Shown in pieces: positions 1 to 10,022 of a stretch of 64,000 nucleotides of DNA. Both the position numbers and the translations under genes were made by a program. Under the pieces are notes generated by a model. It saw only the letters and a program-made list of their open reading frames with translations, was not told the DNA's origin and did not search any database. Origin of the DNA: Candidatus Omnitrophota bacterium (GTDB taxonomy: Bacteria > Omnitrophota > Gorgyraeia > Gygaellales > Profunditerraquicolaceae); assembly GCA_041650835.1 (NCBI GenBank), contig JBAZKL010000004.1:230900-294899 (forward strand). The letters run 5' to 3'. Position 1 is the stretch's first letter; every line of letters starts with the position of its first letter.

Positions 1-218
1 TCATTTCGAAGGCAACTTTGTTTTAGACGCTTAACCGATTGCCCCTCGTACCCTAAAACATATACTCCCATCTTCGGATATTCAAAAAACCTTACCGTTA
101 TTATCTCGGAATACCGCTTCGGATGGAATTATCTGCGCATAACCAAAGAATGCGGAAAAACCTCACACCATAAGGGAAGATCTAAAGCCGCGAACTCACA
201 CAAACTATCAAAGATGCC

Positions 219-2567
219 TTAAAAACCGTGGCTCATGCTGAAATGGAACCGGCCATTGCCCCTGCTTTCCTTACCCGGCTCCTTATTCAGCGGGATCCCG
301 TAATCAAGCATGATCGGTCCAATAGGCGTCTTGATCCTCACCCCCAGGCCAACACCTGACTTAAAACCGCCATTGCCGATATCGCCTGCCTTACTCCAAA
401 CATTGCCTACATCATAAAATGCCGCCACCTTAAAGAAATTAAAAAGCGGATAGGTATACTCAAGGTTGCCGACCACCAACGCGTCTCCGCCCAACGGATC
501 TTCGGTCACAGGATCGATCGGGCCGACTTTTCTCTCATTATAACCGCGTATGGAATACGCCCCGCCCACAAAGAAACGCTCGTAAATAGGGACTTTTTCC
601 GTATCCCCGAACGCGTTAGCGATACCCACGCGCGCGCGGGCCTCCAAATTGGAATTACGGAATAACGGGATGTAATGCGACGCCCTACCGAAAAACTTGG
701 TAAAGTTCTTATCGCCGCCAAAAGGCCCTCCCGCGCATTCAAATGAGCCGGAAATAAGGTCCCCTTTATTCGTATCAAAAACATTATCCCTGCTGTCATA
801 GGAAAGGGAGAATTCCATACTGCTTAAATTATTCTGTCCAACTTCATCCTTAAGGTCCTGGCTGGCAGAATCATCGACATTGCCTATCTTAATATTCTCA
901 AACCGGTATTTAACATCGCCCTTGACATATTCGGATAATTCTTTCCCAAGCCGCAGGTCGCCTCCCGTAATGTCCTCATCATACCCGTAGCCGATATCCG
1001 ATTCACGCTTACGCGTATGCTTATAGGCGTCAAAACCGAAAGAGATCGGCTGGTCGAACATCCAGGGCTCGGTAAAGCTTAAGTCAAATCCGTCGGTAAC
1101 AGTACCGGCGGAGAAACGAAGCTTGAGATTCTGGCCGGCCCCCGTAAAATAAGGGAAATTCTTCCAGTCAAAGTTCTTCTGTTCCAGTTCAATGAACCCG
1201 AGGAACTGGTCGACCGTGCTGTATCCGCCGCCAAAGCTGAATGACCCCGTCTTGGTTTCCTTAACTTCAACGACTAAGTCTTTTTTGTTAGGGATAGAAG
1301 TATCTTCCTTATCATAACTTACATCTTCAAAGAAGCCTAAATTCTGCAGGCGCTCCTTGCTTCTGCGCAGCTTGTCCCCGTCAAAACGGTCGCCCGGCTT
1401 TATCCTTAATTCCCTGCGGATAACAACGTCTTTGGTTTTAATATTGCCCTTGATCTTTATCTTATCGACATAGGCGATCTCATTTTCCATGATAGTCAAG
1501 ACAATATCGATACGCCCTGTCTTGGGATTCAAAGATGTTGCCTCCTCTATCTGCGCGGATATGTACCCACGGTCGAAATATAACCCCTGGATATTCATGA
1601 TATCCTCGCGTAATACTTCCTGGCTGAAGACTTTCCCTGAAACAGACCCCTTGATCTTCGAGAATATCTCGAACTCCTGGACATCCTGGTTGCCCTTAAC
1701 GGTAACCGCGCCGACCAGGAATTTCTCCCCCTCTTTGATCTTTATGCTCAGGTACAAAAACGGCCTGACCTTATCGGATTTGACCTCATATTCAACCAAC
1801 GCGTCGATGAAACCGTTCCTTTGATAGAACGATTTGACGCGCTCTAGATCTTCCTTTAAAACATCTTCCTTTAACGTCCCGGGGTTAAAAAGCCAGGCCT
1901 TCTTGGTCTTGAGTATCTTCAGGATCCTGCGGTCGGTAAAATTCTTATTGCCTTCGATAAAGACCTCTTTTATCCGTATCTTTTTACCTTCTAAAACGCT
2001 GAATTCCACCCGGGCCTTGTTCTTTTCTTTATCGATGGAAACATCATATTTGATCTCGACCTGGCCGAAGCCCTTCTTTTCATATAATTTTTTTATCTCT
2101 TTGACGTCATCTGCCAGGTTCGGATAATCCAGGTACTGCGTTTCTTTCGATTTCAGGGCCTCTTTAATTTTCGCGTCCTTCATCGCCAGGCGCTTGATAC
2201 CGGAAAAAGCGATCTTCTCAATTATGGGGCGTTCCACCAGGGACACGACGATCTTCACTCCGCCGCGGAAATCTTCGGTATCGATCTTAATATCGCTGAA
2301 GAACCCCAAAAGATAAAGCCGTTTTAAATCGTCATTAATGACCGTTTCCTGATAGGGGCTGCCGATACGGGTCTTCATCTTCGACAAAACCGTATTCGTG
2401 CTTATGGATTTATTACCCGAAATGTCTATGGCAGTAACTAATTTAGCTTCGGAAGAGGAGGAACCGGATAAGGATTGTTCGTTATCGCGCACTTGCGCTT
2501 GGACGGATAAAGCAGAGCAGAAACTTAAGGCTACACACGCAAAAAGCAGGAATAATCTTTTAGGCAT
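219..2567 (-). CDS. bamA: Outer membrane protein assembly factor BamA (Omp85, POTRA repeats plus beta-barrel). The true start is at MPKRLFLLF, a signal peptide ending ...VQAQ; the ORF-track N-terminal extension is rejected.
   Basis: 832-aa ORF with multiple POTRA-like repeats, a C-terminal Omp85 barrel and an internal Met followed by a typical signal peptide. Confidence 0.85.
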   Translation of the reverse strand: MPKRLFLLFACVALSFCSALSVQAQVRDNEQSLSGSSSSEAKLVTAIDISGNKSISTNTVLSKMKTRIGSPYQETVINDDLKRLYLLGFFSDIKIDTEDFRGGVKIVVSLVERPIIEKIAFSGIKRLAMKDAKIKEALKSKETQYLDYPNLADDVKEIKKLYEKKGFGQVEIKYDVSIDKEKNKARVEFSVLEGKKIRIKEVFIEGNKNFTDRRILKILKTKKAWLFNPGTLKEDVLKEDLERVKSFYQRNGFIDALVEYEVKSDKVRPFLYLSIKIKEGEKFLVGAVTVKGNQDVQEFEIFSKIKGSVSGKVFSQEVLREDIMNIQGLYFDRGYISAQIEEATSLNPKTGRIDIVLTIMENEIAYVDKIKIKGNIKTKDVVIRRELRIKPGDRFDGDKLRRSKERLQNLGFFEDVSYDKEDTSIPNKKDLVVEVKETKTGSFSFGGGYSTVDQFLGFIELEQKNFDWKNFPYFTGAGQNLKLRFSAGTVTDGFDLSFTEPWMFDQPISFGFDAYKHTRKRESDIGYGYDEDITGGDLRLGKELSEYVKGDVKYRFENIKIGNVDDSASQDLKDEVGQNNLSSMEFSLSYDSRDNVFDTNKGDLISGSFECAGGPFGGDKNFTKFFGRASHYIPLFRNSNLEARARVGIANAFGDTEKVPIYERFFVGGAYSIRGYNERKVGPIDPVTEDPLGGDALVVGNLEYTYPLFNFFKVAAFYDVGNVWSKAGDIGNGGFKSGVGLGVRIKTPIGPIMLDYGIPLNKEPGKESRGNGRFHFSMSHGF

Positions 2568-2588
2568 CGATAGTATGCAAACCCCTTT

Positions 2589-2700
2589 CGCAGAAGGCGA
2601 AACACCAACGCGATTCCTTTTAAGCGTTGGGTGTAGCAGAAGGACTGCCTGCCGGTAGGCAGGCGAAACACCCGCGCAATACCTATAAGCGCGGGGTGCT
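2589..2700. repeat. Two tandem GC-rich REP-like palindromic units (gcagaaRg ... cacc-N5-loop-N5'-gggtg) in the 5' leader of bamA. The second unit carries the ctgcctgccggtaggcagg hairpin.
   Basis: Hairpins caccaacgc/gcgttgggtg and cacccgcgc/gcgcggggtg. The same unit recurs at about 4165 and at 10540-10780. Confidence 0.55.
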
Positions 2701-2803
2701 ATCGTAAAAACCAACACACATTTTTGTAACCAGTAACCTTCATTCCTAATTTTATTTAATATATCACAATCTTTTCAAAAAGCAAACTATTTTCTTTAAC
2801 GGG

Positions 2804-4141
2804 TTATTCCCCCTGAATGATATTCTCGAACTTGGTATATTCCTTGACAAAGGTAAGCTTCATCGACCCGACCGGCCCGTTCCTCTGCTTGGCGATAATG
2901 ACCTCCGCGATACCTTGATTGTCCGGCGTCGGATTATAATACTCCTCCCTCAAAAGCAGGACCACGACATCAGCGTCCTGTTCGATAGCGCCGGATTCCC
3001 GAAGGTCGGAAAGCTGCGGGCGATGGTCCGTGCGTGACTCAACGGCGCGCGACAACTGGCTGATAGCGATAAGCGGGACATTGAGTTCGCGGGCCAGCGC
3101 TTTTAAGGAACGGGAGATCTCCGAGATCTCAGCCTGGCGGTTATCGACGCCTAATTTGCCGCGCATTAATTGCAGGTAATCCAGAACGATAAGCTGTATA
3201 TTATACTGCGATTTTAAACGCCTGGCTTTCGCGCGCAGTTCCATTACGGAGATAGCGGGAGTATCGTCGATAAAGATAGGGGCCTCCGACAATTTACCCG
3301 CGGCCGCGGTCAGGCGCGGCCAGTCAGACGTAGAAAGATACCCGGTACGCACTTTATGCGCGTCCACTTTGGCGTGAGAACAAAGCATCCTCTGAGCCAG
3401 TTGCTCCTTAGACATTTCCAAGCTGAAGAACGCGATCGGGACTTTTTCCACGATACCCGCGTATTCAGCCATATTTAAAGCCAAGGCGCTCTTACCCATG
3501 GAAGGCCTCCCGGCAACAATGATAAGGTCGGAAGGCTGCAGCCCCGCGGTCTTCATGTCGAAATCGATAAATCCCGTCGGGATACCGGTAACATGCGCTT
3601 TTTTCTGGTAGAGCCTGTCAATGGTCTCAATACTGTCTTTAATGATCTCTTTGAGGTGAAGGCAGGCGCCCTGAGCGCGGTGGTCCCGGACATCAAAGAT
3701 CAAAGTCTCCGCGGCATCGACCAGCTCGTCGACATTTCCTTCATTCTCAAAACACAGCGATACGATCTTTGTCGCGTTATTGATCAGGCCGCGCAGCGTG
3801 TTCTTTTCCTTAACGATGGAAACATAGTGGCTGATATTCGCGGCGGTTGGGACAGAGTTCACTAATTCCGTCAAGAAACTGACGCCGCCGACCGCATCCA
3901 GCAAGCCCAAACGCTTTAATTCGTCGGTCAAAGTGATCAGGTCGACTGCCCGGTTCTCGCCGTAGAGGTCGGATATGACCCCGAATATCTTCCGGTGCGA
4001 ATCTTTGTAGAACGAGATCTTGTCTAAAGACTCAACAGCGACGGCAATGGCCTCTTCATCTATAAGCATAGAGCCCAAAACAGCCATTTCAGCCTCAAGG
4101 TTTTGTGGAGGGAGTTTATCAGAAGATAATTCAGTAGGCAT
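2804..4141 (-). CDS. dnaB: Replicative DNA helicase DnaB. The likely start is MPTELSSDK; the ORF track extends it to 4189.
   Basis: N-terminal DnaB domain (NLEAEMAVLGSML), Walker A GRPSMGKS and a RecA-like C-terminus. Confidence 0.85.
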   Translation of the reverse strand: MPTELSSDKLPPQNLEAEMAVLGSMLIDEEAIAVAVESLDKISFYKDSHRKIFGVISDLYGENRAVDLITLTDELKRLGLLDAVGGVSFLTELVNSVPTAANISHYVSIVKEKNTLRGLINNATKIVSLCFENEGNVDELVDAAETLIFDVRDHRAQGACLHLKEIIKDSIETIDRLYQKKAHVTGIPTGFIDFDMKTAGLQPSDLIIVAGRPSMGKSALALNMAEYAGIVEKVPIAFFSLEMSKEQLAQRMLCSHAKVDAHKVRTGYLSTSDWPRLTAAAGKLSEAPIFIDDTPAISVMELRAKARRLKSQYNIQLIVLDYLQLMRGKLGVDNRQAEISEISRSLKALARELNVPLIAISQLSRAVESRTDHRPQLSDLRESGAIEQDADVVVLLLREEYYNPTPDNQGIAEVIIAKQRNGPVGSMKLTFVKEYTKFENIIQGE

Positions 4142-4161
4142 GCTCTCGGTACTCGGCTGCG

Positions 4162-4200
4162 CAGAAAGCGCGCACCGGCGCAATTCCAATTAGCGCCGGG
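4162..4200. repeat. Single REP-like palindromic unit (caccggcgc-aattccaatta-gcgccgggtg) in the dnaB leader.
   Basis: Inverted repeat seen directly; same family as 2589-2700 and 10540-10780. Confidence 0.5.
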
Positions 4201-4219
4201 TGTGCTCGGTTATCGGTTA

Positions 4220-4669
4220 TTACTTCTTCACGATCCAGATCTTTATTTTTGCGGAAATCTCAGGATGCAATTTAACCACTACTTCATAAATACCCAAGGC
4301 ATTGATCGGGTCATCCAAAGCAATAAGGTTTTTCTCAATATTAAAACCTTCGTCTTTAAGCGCCCGGGCGATATCCTGCGCGGCGACATTCGCGTATAAC
4401 TTCTCCCCTTCATGCACTAAAACAGGGATCGTCAGCGATACATTCGCCAATTTTTCTTTCAGCGCCAGCGCTTCCTGCTTTAATTTTTCCTGCTGGATAT
4501 CCCTGCGCTGTATTTCCTGCTGAAGCTTCTTGCGGTTAGCATCGGTAGCCAACACGGCCAAACCGCGGGGGATAAGGTAATTCAAGGCGTGGCCGTCTTT
4601 GACCTTAACGACGCCCCCCGCTTTCCCGAGACCGGCAACATCTTTTTCGAGTATGACTTCCATCGGCAA
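4220..4669 (-). CDS. rplI: 50S ribosomal protein L9.
   Basis: MEVILEKDVAGLGKAGGVVKVKDGHALNYLIPRGLA is an L9 signature. The start may be three codons into the ORF. Confidence 0.85.
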   Translation of the reverse strand: MPMEVILEKDVAGLGKAGGVVKVKDGHALNYLIPRGLAVLATDANRKKLQQEIQRRDIQQEKLKQEALALKEKLANVSLTIPVLVHEGEKLYANVAAQDIARALKDEGFNIEKNLIALDDPINALGIYEVVVKLHPEISAKIKIWIVKK

Positions 4670-4725
4670 CTCAACTGTTTACCCGCGGGCACCTTTATTC
4701 CGGCGCCCGAAGGACATACTATCAA

Positions 4726-4959
4726 TTACGCCTTAATGTACGGCATAAGCCCCAGGAACCGGGCTTTCTTGATCTCTTCGGTGATCTTACGCTGATGCTT
4801 GGCGCAATTACCGGTGCTGCGGGTCGAAATAATGCCCCCGCGCTCCCTGGCGAACAATTCCAACAATTTAATATCTTTATAATCTATTGACTTTACTCTT
4901 TCGGCGCAAAACCGGCACGATCTTTTCCTCATCGGTAAAAAGGAACCCGGCCTTTTCAT
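4726..4959 (-). CDS. rpsR: 30S ribosomal protein S18. The start is uncertain: the ORF track gives 4983, overlapping ssb.
   Basis: CRFC...IDYKD...LLELF...ISTRSTGNCAKHQRKITEEIKKARFLGLMPY is an S18 signature. Confidence 0.8.
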   Translation of the reverse strand: MKRPGSFLPMRKRSCRFCAERVKSIDYKDIKLLELFARERGGIISTRSTGNCAKHQRKITEEIKKARFLGLMPYIKA

Positions 4960-4972
4960 GATCTTTTTAGGT

Positions 4973-5404
4973 TTAATTCTCATTTAATTTCTCCTCACTT
5001 TCGTCTAACCATGCTGTTTCTGTAGCATGCTCCTGACGCGGTTCTTCAGATGCCTCAGCGGGCGCTTTTCCGGAAGGCGCGCCGATAAATTGCACGCGTT
5101 CCACCCGGACCTCGATAACGCTGCGTTTATTCCCCGTGTTGTCTTCCCAGGTACGGGATTGAAGCCTGCCCTCGATAAAAAGAGGGCTTCCTTTATGTAA
5201 ATACTGATTGCACGTTTCCGCCTGTTTATCCCAGACAACAGCGGTGATAAAACAGACCTCTTCCTTCAACTCCTGGTTCCTATCTTTGAATTTCCGGTTC
5301 ACCGCCAGGCGAAGATTAGCCACGGCTGTGCCCTGAGGAGTATACCGCAACTCCGGGTCTTTCGTTAAATTACCCATCAACAATACTTTATTAAAACTAG
5401 CCAT
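4973..5404 (-). CDS. ssb: Single-stranded DNA-binding protein.
   Basis: OB-fold N-terminus (LMGNLTKDPELRYTPQGTAVANLRLAVNR) and an acidic C-terminal tail. Confidence 0.85.
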   Translation of the reverse strand: MASFNKVLLMGNLTKDPELRYTPQGTAVANLRLAVNRKFKDRNQELKEEVCFITAVVWDKQAETCNQYLHKGSPLFIEGRLQSRTWEDNTGNKRSVIEVRVERVQFIGAPSGKAPAEASEEPRQEHATETAWLDESEEKLNEN

Positions 5405-5427
5405 AATCCTCTCCTTTAAAACAACAT

Positions 5428-5470
5428 CATCAAACGAAACTAACGATAGTAACGATAGTAACGAAACTAA
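5428..5470. repeat. Short tandem taacgaNNc direct repeats between rpsF and ssb.
   Basis: aacgatagtaacgatagtaacgaaactaacgat. It is related to the larger taacgag-word palindrome at 50411-50535. Confidence 0.4.
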
Positions 5471-5475
5471 CGATC

Positions 5476-5769
5476 TTACGCTTTTCCCAAAGCTGAGACT
5501 AAAAGCCTCAGGATATTTTCATTTAATTTATATATTTCTTTCAGCTTTACGATAGCGCCCGGGTCAATGGTGAAATTCATCAGGAAATAGACCCCTTCCG
5601 TCGATTTCTTGATCGGGAAAGTCAATTTCCTTCGTTCTCCCCAGACTGCCGCCTGAGAGACCTGCCCGTTATTCTTAATAACCGCGTCCTGGATCTGAGC
5701 AAAGAGGGTTTTACGCTCTTCTTCCGATAACTCAGGTTTCGTTATAAACATCGCTTCATACTTGTTCAT
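5476..5769 (-). CDS. rpsF: 30S ribosomal protein S6.
   Basis: MNKYEAMFITKPELSEEE... is an S6 signature; it sits in the operon position ahead of ssb-rpsR-rplI. Confidence 0.85.
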   Translation of the reverse strand: MNKYEAMFITKPELSEEERKTLFAQIQDAVIKNNGQVSQAAVWGERRKLTFPIKKSTEGVYFLMNFTIDPGAIVKLKEIYKLNENILRLLVSALGKA

Positions 5770-5782
5770 TGCCGCTTTCCTT

Positions 5783-6364
5783 TCATTTGATTTTTTCTTT
5801 TTTGTTAAACACGTTCATGCTTGCATCTATACCTTCACGAACCCACATTTCACAACACTCTATCGCCTGCGCCGTTACTTCCTCTAATTGCTTCTTCTGG
5901 GCCCGCGGAAAAGAAGACAACACATAATCAGAGACGACTTTTTCCGTCCGCCGGGGCCTGTCAATACCGATGCGCAGCCGCGCGAATTCCTGGCTTTTGA
6001 GCGCGTCGATGATCGATTTAAGCCCGCGCTGGCCTCCCGAAGACCCTCCCGGTTTTATCCTGAGCCTGCCAAACTCCAGGTCAAGGTCATCGCAGACGAC
6101 CAAAAGATCGTTCAACTCAACCCGGTATTTACGCACCAGAGCCGCAACGGCGCATCCGGAAAGGTTCATGAACGTAAGCGGCACCGCTATTGCTACCGCG
6201 CGCCCCTCAATATCCGTTTTCGCGCTCACCGCCGATACCGAACTGTCTTTTTTCAACGCGAGCTTATACCTGCCCGCCAAACCCCTGATTATCGAAGAAC
6301 CGATGTTATGCCTGGAACGCGCATACCATATACCCGGATTACCCAGCCCTACAATTAGTTTCAT
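5783..6364 (-). CDS. pth: Peptidyl-tRNA hydrolase.
   Basis: MKLIVGLGNPG...RHNIG... is a Pth signature. Confidence 0.9.
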   Translation of the reverse strand: MKLIVGLGNPGIWYARSRHNIGSSIIRGLAGRYKLALKKDSSVSAVSAKTDIEGRAVAIAVPLTFMNLSGCAVAALVRKYRVELNDLLVVCDDLDLEFGRLRIKPGGSSGGQRGLKSIIDALKSQEFARLRIGIDRPRRTEKVVSDYVLSSFPRAQKKQLEEVTAQAIECCEMWVREGIDASMNVFNKKEKIK

Positions 6365-6408
6365 GATGCTCCTACGCCAACCAATCGCCGATGCTGCAGG
6401 CTTGCCGG

Positions 6409-7092
6409 TTATTTCTCTTTAGCTTCCGCTTCTTTACCCTCGGCAGGAACTTCCTTCTTCTCTTTTATAACCTCGGGCTCTTTCTTCTCTTCGCCTTCAA
6501 CGCCTTCAGCAGGCGCCTCTTCTTTCATCGGAGCGGCGACTGAAACGATGATCGAATCGGGGTCGTTTAAAACCTTGATACTCGCAGGGAACACCACGTC
6601 TTTAATATGGACCGCCCCGCCCAATTTTAAATGGCTGACATCGACGCTGATATCTTCGGGCATCTCCGTCGGCAAACACTCGATCTCGATCTCCCACAGG
6701 ATATGTTCAAGTGAACCACCCTCAAGCTTAACGCCGGGAGCCTCTCCCTTGACCGTGACGGGAACACTCACCTTGATAGTTTTTGTCAAAGAGATCTCAT
6801 GAAAATCAACATGGATAATATCTCCCTTGACCGGATGATGCTGGATATCCTTGATCAAACAAGGCCGGCTTTTTTTCTTCTTATCGTCTTTTATCTTAAG
6901 CGATACGACCACATTCTCCAGCCTGTGCTCATGCAAAAGGTGCAGCAACGCCCGGTAAGCGACCTTCACCGACTGGGCTTCTTTACCTTCCCCATAAACA
7001 ACTGCCGGGATAAAATTCTTCTCGCGTAAATCTTTTACTTTGACCCTGCCTGTTTCTTCTCGTAACTCTGCTTCCAATACTATCTCTTCCAT
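6409..7092 (-). CDS. rplY: 50S ribosomal protein L25 / general stress protein Ctc, with a Lys/Glu-rich C-terminal tail.
   Basis: N-terminal L25/Ctc domain (REETGRVKVKDLREKNFIPAVVYG); the glmU-prs-ctc-pth arrangement is conserved. Confidence 0.8.
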   Translation of the reverse strand: MEEIVLEAELREETGRVKVKDLREKNFIPAVVYGEGKEAQSVKVAYRALLHLLHEHRLENVVVSLKIKDDKKKKSRPCLIKDIQHHPVKGDIIHVDFHEISLTKTIKVSVPVTVKGEAPGVKLEGGSLEHILWEIEIECLPTEMPEDISVDVSHLKLGGAVHIKDVVFPASIKVLNDPDSIIVSVAAPMKEEAPAEGVEGEEKKEPEVIKEKKEVPAEGKEAEAKEK

Positions 7093-7158
7093 GGCTTCCT
7101 TTTCCTTTCATACCTCGATTACATTACCGTGATTTTTTAAGTTTTACGCTTTTGGCCC

Positions 7159-8097
7159 TTAATCAAACAAAGAACTGACCGATTCTTCATTATGAATCCG
7201 CTTGATGGCTTCGCCTAAAAGGCTTGCCATTGATAAAACTTTGATCCGGGGGTGCTTTTTATGGTCAGCAAGCGGGATACTGTCGGAAATAACCAGTTCT
7301 TTAAGGTCACGGCACTGTTCTATCCGCTCAAGAGCCGGGCCGGATAAAACACCGTGAGTTATCGCCGCGTTTATCGATTTACACTTTGCTTTCTTTAACG
7401 CTTCCACCGCTTCGATCAACGAACTGCCTGTAGCTACCAGGTCATCGACAATGATCGCGTTCTTATTTTCAACCTCGCCTAAAATATGCATCACCTCGGT
7501 CTTTTCGGGGGAATCCCGCCTTTTATCGATAATGGCCAGGCCCGCGCCGAACCTTTTGGCGTACGCGCGCGCCATCTTGATCCCGCCGACATCGGGAGAA
7601 ACGATAACGAGGTCATTGATCTTTCCTTTTGAAAAATAATCTACAAAAACACCGACCGCGAGCAAATGGTCCACCGGGATATCAAAAAACCCCTGGATCT
7701 GGCCGGCATGTAAATCTATCGTTAAAATACGGTCGGCGCCGGCGATCGTCAACAAATTGGCAACGAGCTTCGCGGTGATCGGCACCCGCGGCTGGTCTTT
7801 ACGGTCCTGGCGGGCGTAGCCGAAATACGGGACAACCGCCGTAATGCGGTCGCTGGAGGCCCTTTTTAAAGCATCAATAATGATCAGGAGCTCCATCAAA
7901 TTATCGTTCGTCGGAGGGCAGGTCGGCTGCACGAGGAAAACATCTTTGCCCCGGACATTGTCATTTATTTTTACGCGGATCTCTCCTTCGCTGAACCGTG
8001 AAACAAACGCATCAGACAAATTAACTTTCAGGTATTTACAAATATCTCCGGCCAATGCCGGATGGGCATTACCGCTAAATACTGCTAATTTATCCAT
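7159..8097 (-). CDS. prs: Ribose-phosphate pyrophosphokinase.
   Basis: PRPP synthetase motifs (VPYFGYARQDRK, DLHA, PRPP-binding loop). Confidence 0.9.
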   Translation of the reverse strand: MDKLAVFSGNAHPALAGDICKYLKVNLSDAFVSRFSEGEIRVKINDNVRGKDVFLVQPTCPPTNDNLMELLIIIDALKRASSDRITAVVPYFGYARQDRKDQPRVPITAKLVANLLTIAGADRILTIDLHAGQIQGFFDIPVDHLLAVGVFVDYFSKGKINDLVIVSPDVGGIKMARAYAKRFGAGLAIIDKRRDSPEKTEVMHILGEVENKNAIIVDDLVATGSSLIEAVEALKKAKCKSINAAITHGVLSGPALERIEQCRDLKELVISDSIPLADHKKHPRIKVLSMASLLGEAIKRIHNEESVSSLFD

Positions 8098-8111
8098 AGT
8101 AATCTCGCTTT

Positions 8112-9377
8112 TTATGTGTCGCGTGTTTTTGCCGCCAGGGGCACAGCAGGAACGCCGACAACAGTCGCTCCCGCGGCAACATGATGATGCCGCCTCACCA
8201 CCGACCCGGCACCCGTCTTAGCGGCCTTCCCGATCCTGACAGGCGCGATCAACACCGTGTCGGAACCAATAAAGGCCCCGTCCTCTATAACGGTAATATT
8301 TTTATGCGTTCCGTCGTAGTTGGCGGTAACCGTGCCTGCTCCGATATTAACGCGCTTTCCGATACGGCTGTCGCCGATATAAGAAAAATGCTTTGCTAAA
8401 GTTTTTGATCCTAATGCAGAACGGGAAATTTCCAGGAAGTTTCCAACGGTAACTTCATTATTTAAAACCGTGCCTTCGCGCAAACGGGCAAAAGGGCCTA
8501 CATTGCAGGATTTCCCAATTTTAACATTTTTTTCAATAACTGTAAAGGGATAAATTACGCTATCCCGGCCTATTTTCACTCCATAACTGATAAAAGCCGA
8601 ATCAGGGTCGATAATGCTGACCCCCTCTTTCATGAATTCATCATTGATGCGCCGCTGCATGATCTTTTGAGCCTTAGACAATTCTAAGCGGGAATTAACC
8701 CCCATAGTTTCAAGGACATCAGGCGTTTCCGCGCTTTCAACCAGGTCCCCCTGTTGATAAAGGATCCCGATCACATCAGTCAGATAATATTCTTTCTTAC
8801 GGTTGTTCGGTTTAACTTTCTTTAAGGCGCCGATCAGCTTTTTCTTTTCAAAACAAATGATCCCGGTATTGATCTCTTTGATTTCCTTTTGGAAATCGTC
8901 CGCATCTTTTTCCTCGACGATACCGCAAATACTGCCATAAGCATCCCGGAGGATCCTGCCATAGCCGAGCGGTTTTTCGACCTTCGCCGTCAGCATGGTC
9001 GCCGCCGCCCCTGAACCTTCGTGGCGCTTGACCAATTTCGCGATCGTCTGCTTCTGTAATAACGGGACATCGCCGTAAAGGACGATAACCGAACCGCTGA
9101 AACTCTTTAAAAGCGGCAACGCCTCTTTCATGGCATCGGCGGTGCCCAGAAGTTTCTTTTGGACCACGGTTTGCGAAGCATTCCCGACAAAAGCCCTGAC
9201 CAGGTCCGCTTTAAACCCCAGGACAGTAACCGTTCTTTTCATTTTCAGGCTCGCGACCAGGTCCAGGACATACCCAAGCATCGGCCTGCCGCAGACGGCA
9301 TGCAAGACCTTCGGCAGGTCGGACTTCATCCTGGTGCCTTTTCCTGCCGCCAAAATTATTGCCGCGATGTTCTTCAT
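8112..9377 (-). CDS. glmU: Bifunctional GlmU (UDP-GlcNAc pyrophosphorylase / GlcN-1-P acetyltransferase).
   Basis: N-terminal LAAGKGTRM nucleotidyltransferase motif and a C-terminal left-handed beta-helix of hexapeptide repeats. Confidence 0.85.
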   Translation of the reverse strand: MKNIAAIILAAGKGTRMKSDLPKVLHAVCGRPMLGYVLDLVASLKMKRTVTVLGFKADLVRAFVGNASQTVVQKKLLGTADAMKEALPLLKSFSGSVIVLYGDVPLLQKQTIAKLVKRHEGSGAAATMLTAKVEKPLGYGRILRDAYGSICGIVEEKDADDFQKEIKEINTGIICFEKKKLIGALKKVKPNNRKKEYYLTDVIGILYQQGDLVESAETPDVLETMGVNSRLELSKAQKIMQRRINDEFMKEGVSIIDPDSAFISYGVKIGRDSVIYPFTVIEKNVKIGKSCNVGPFARLREGTVLNNEVTVGNFLEISRSALGSKTLAKHFSYIGDSRIGKRVNIGAGTVTANYDGTHKNITVIEDGAFIGSDTVLIAPVRIGKAAKTGAGSVVRRHHHVAAGATVVGVPAVPLAAKTRDT

Positions 9378-9410
9378 AAACGTTCTAATAATTATTTTTA
9401 TACGTACGTT

Positions 9411-9554
9411 TAAAGTTAAAAGTTTAAAGTTTAAATATCAAAGGAAGGTTAAAATTCAAAGGTTTAATTTTAAAATTTCCTACCTGCCGGTAGGCAGGGA
9501 CCTTAGACCTTTGATCTTCCTTTGTTATTTAGCCTTGAATCTTTATACTTTACT
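9411..9554. mobile_element. MITE-like AT-rich palindromic intergenic element, copy A, with a GC hairpin core.
   Basis: Terminal inverted repeats ...aaatatcaaaggaagg / ccttcctttgttattt... around the core cctacctgccggtaggcagg. About 80% identical to copy F. Confidence 0.7.
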
Positions 9555-9644
9555 ATAACTTGTTCCTGCGAAGCCGCACCGAGGTTTTACATTATTAACG
9601 GCGAAGCAGAACGATGCCAGACGTAGTCCGCTTTCTGAATACGA

Positions 9645-9908
9645 TTACAATTGTTTTAATAAAACTTTGTCGCCTTTTATCAATGCCAACTTCTTTTTTC
9701 TTGTCCAGCCTTTTATTTGTGCTTCGCGCTTTAATGCTGAAGGCTTGTCTAAGTATTGTTCATAAAATAGTATCTTTTCTACTCCAAATGATTTTGTAAA
9801 ATGACCGCCCCTGCCTGAGGCATGTTCTTTAAAGCGACGCTGAAGATCATCTGTAATGCCGGCATATAAATCGCTGTTCTTACATTTGAGGATATAAACA
9901 AACCATAT
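9645..9908 (-). CDS. GIY-YIG nuclease family protein (UPF0213/YhbQ-like). There is no canonical in-frame start; the best candidate is ATA with an upstream AAGGA.
   Basis: Minus-strand frame reads IWFVYILKCKNSDLYAGITDDLQRRFKEH...IKGWTRKKK. It is missed by the ORF track because it has no ATG/GTG/TTG start. Confidence 0.6.
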   Translation of the reverse strand: MWFVYILKCKNSDLYAGITDDLQRRFKEHASGRGGHFTKSFGVEKILFYEQYLDKPSALKREAQIKGWTRKKKLALIKGDKVLLKQL

Positions 9909-10022
9909 GGTGTCCTTCGACTCGTTCGTCGCTATCGCTCCTTACTCGCTCAGGATACTTCTCCTCCCTCGCCTTGCCTGGGCTTGTACTGAGCGACCGA
10001 GCGAAGCGAGGGAGTCGAAGTA

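Noticed and set aside
1-218. Possible 5' portion of a minus-strand gene downstream of bamA (ATG near 150, reading MGVYVLGYEGQSVKRLKQSCLRN... off the window start).
   Set aside because: Only about 50 codons are visible, with no signal peptide and no recognisable family (Skp/OmpH would be expected). The support is too weak to call.
2568-2717. 50-aa N-terminal extension of the bamA ORF (MLVFTIAPRAYRY...).
   Set aside because: It lies upstream of an obvious Met plus signal peptide and is composed of the GC-rich REP-like repeats. It is an artefact of taking the first in-frame start codon.
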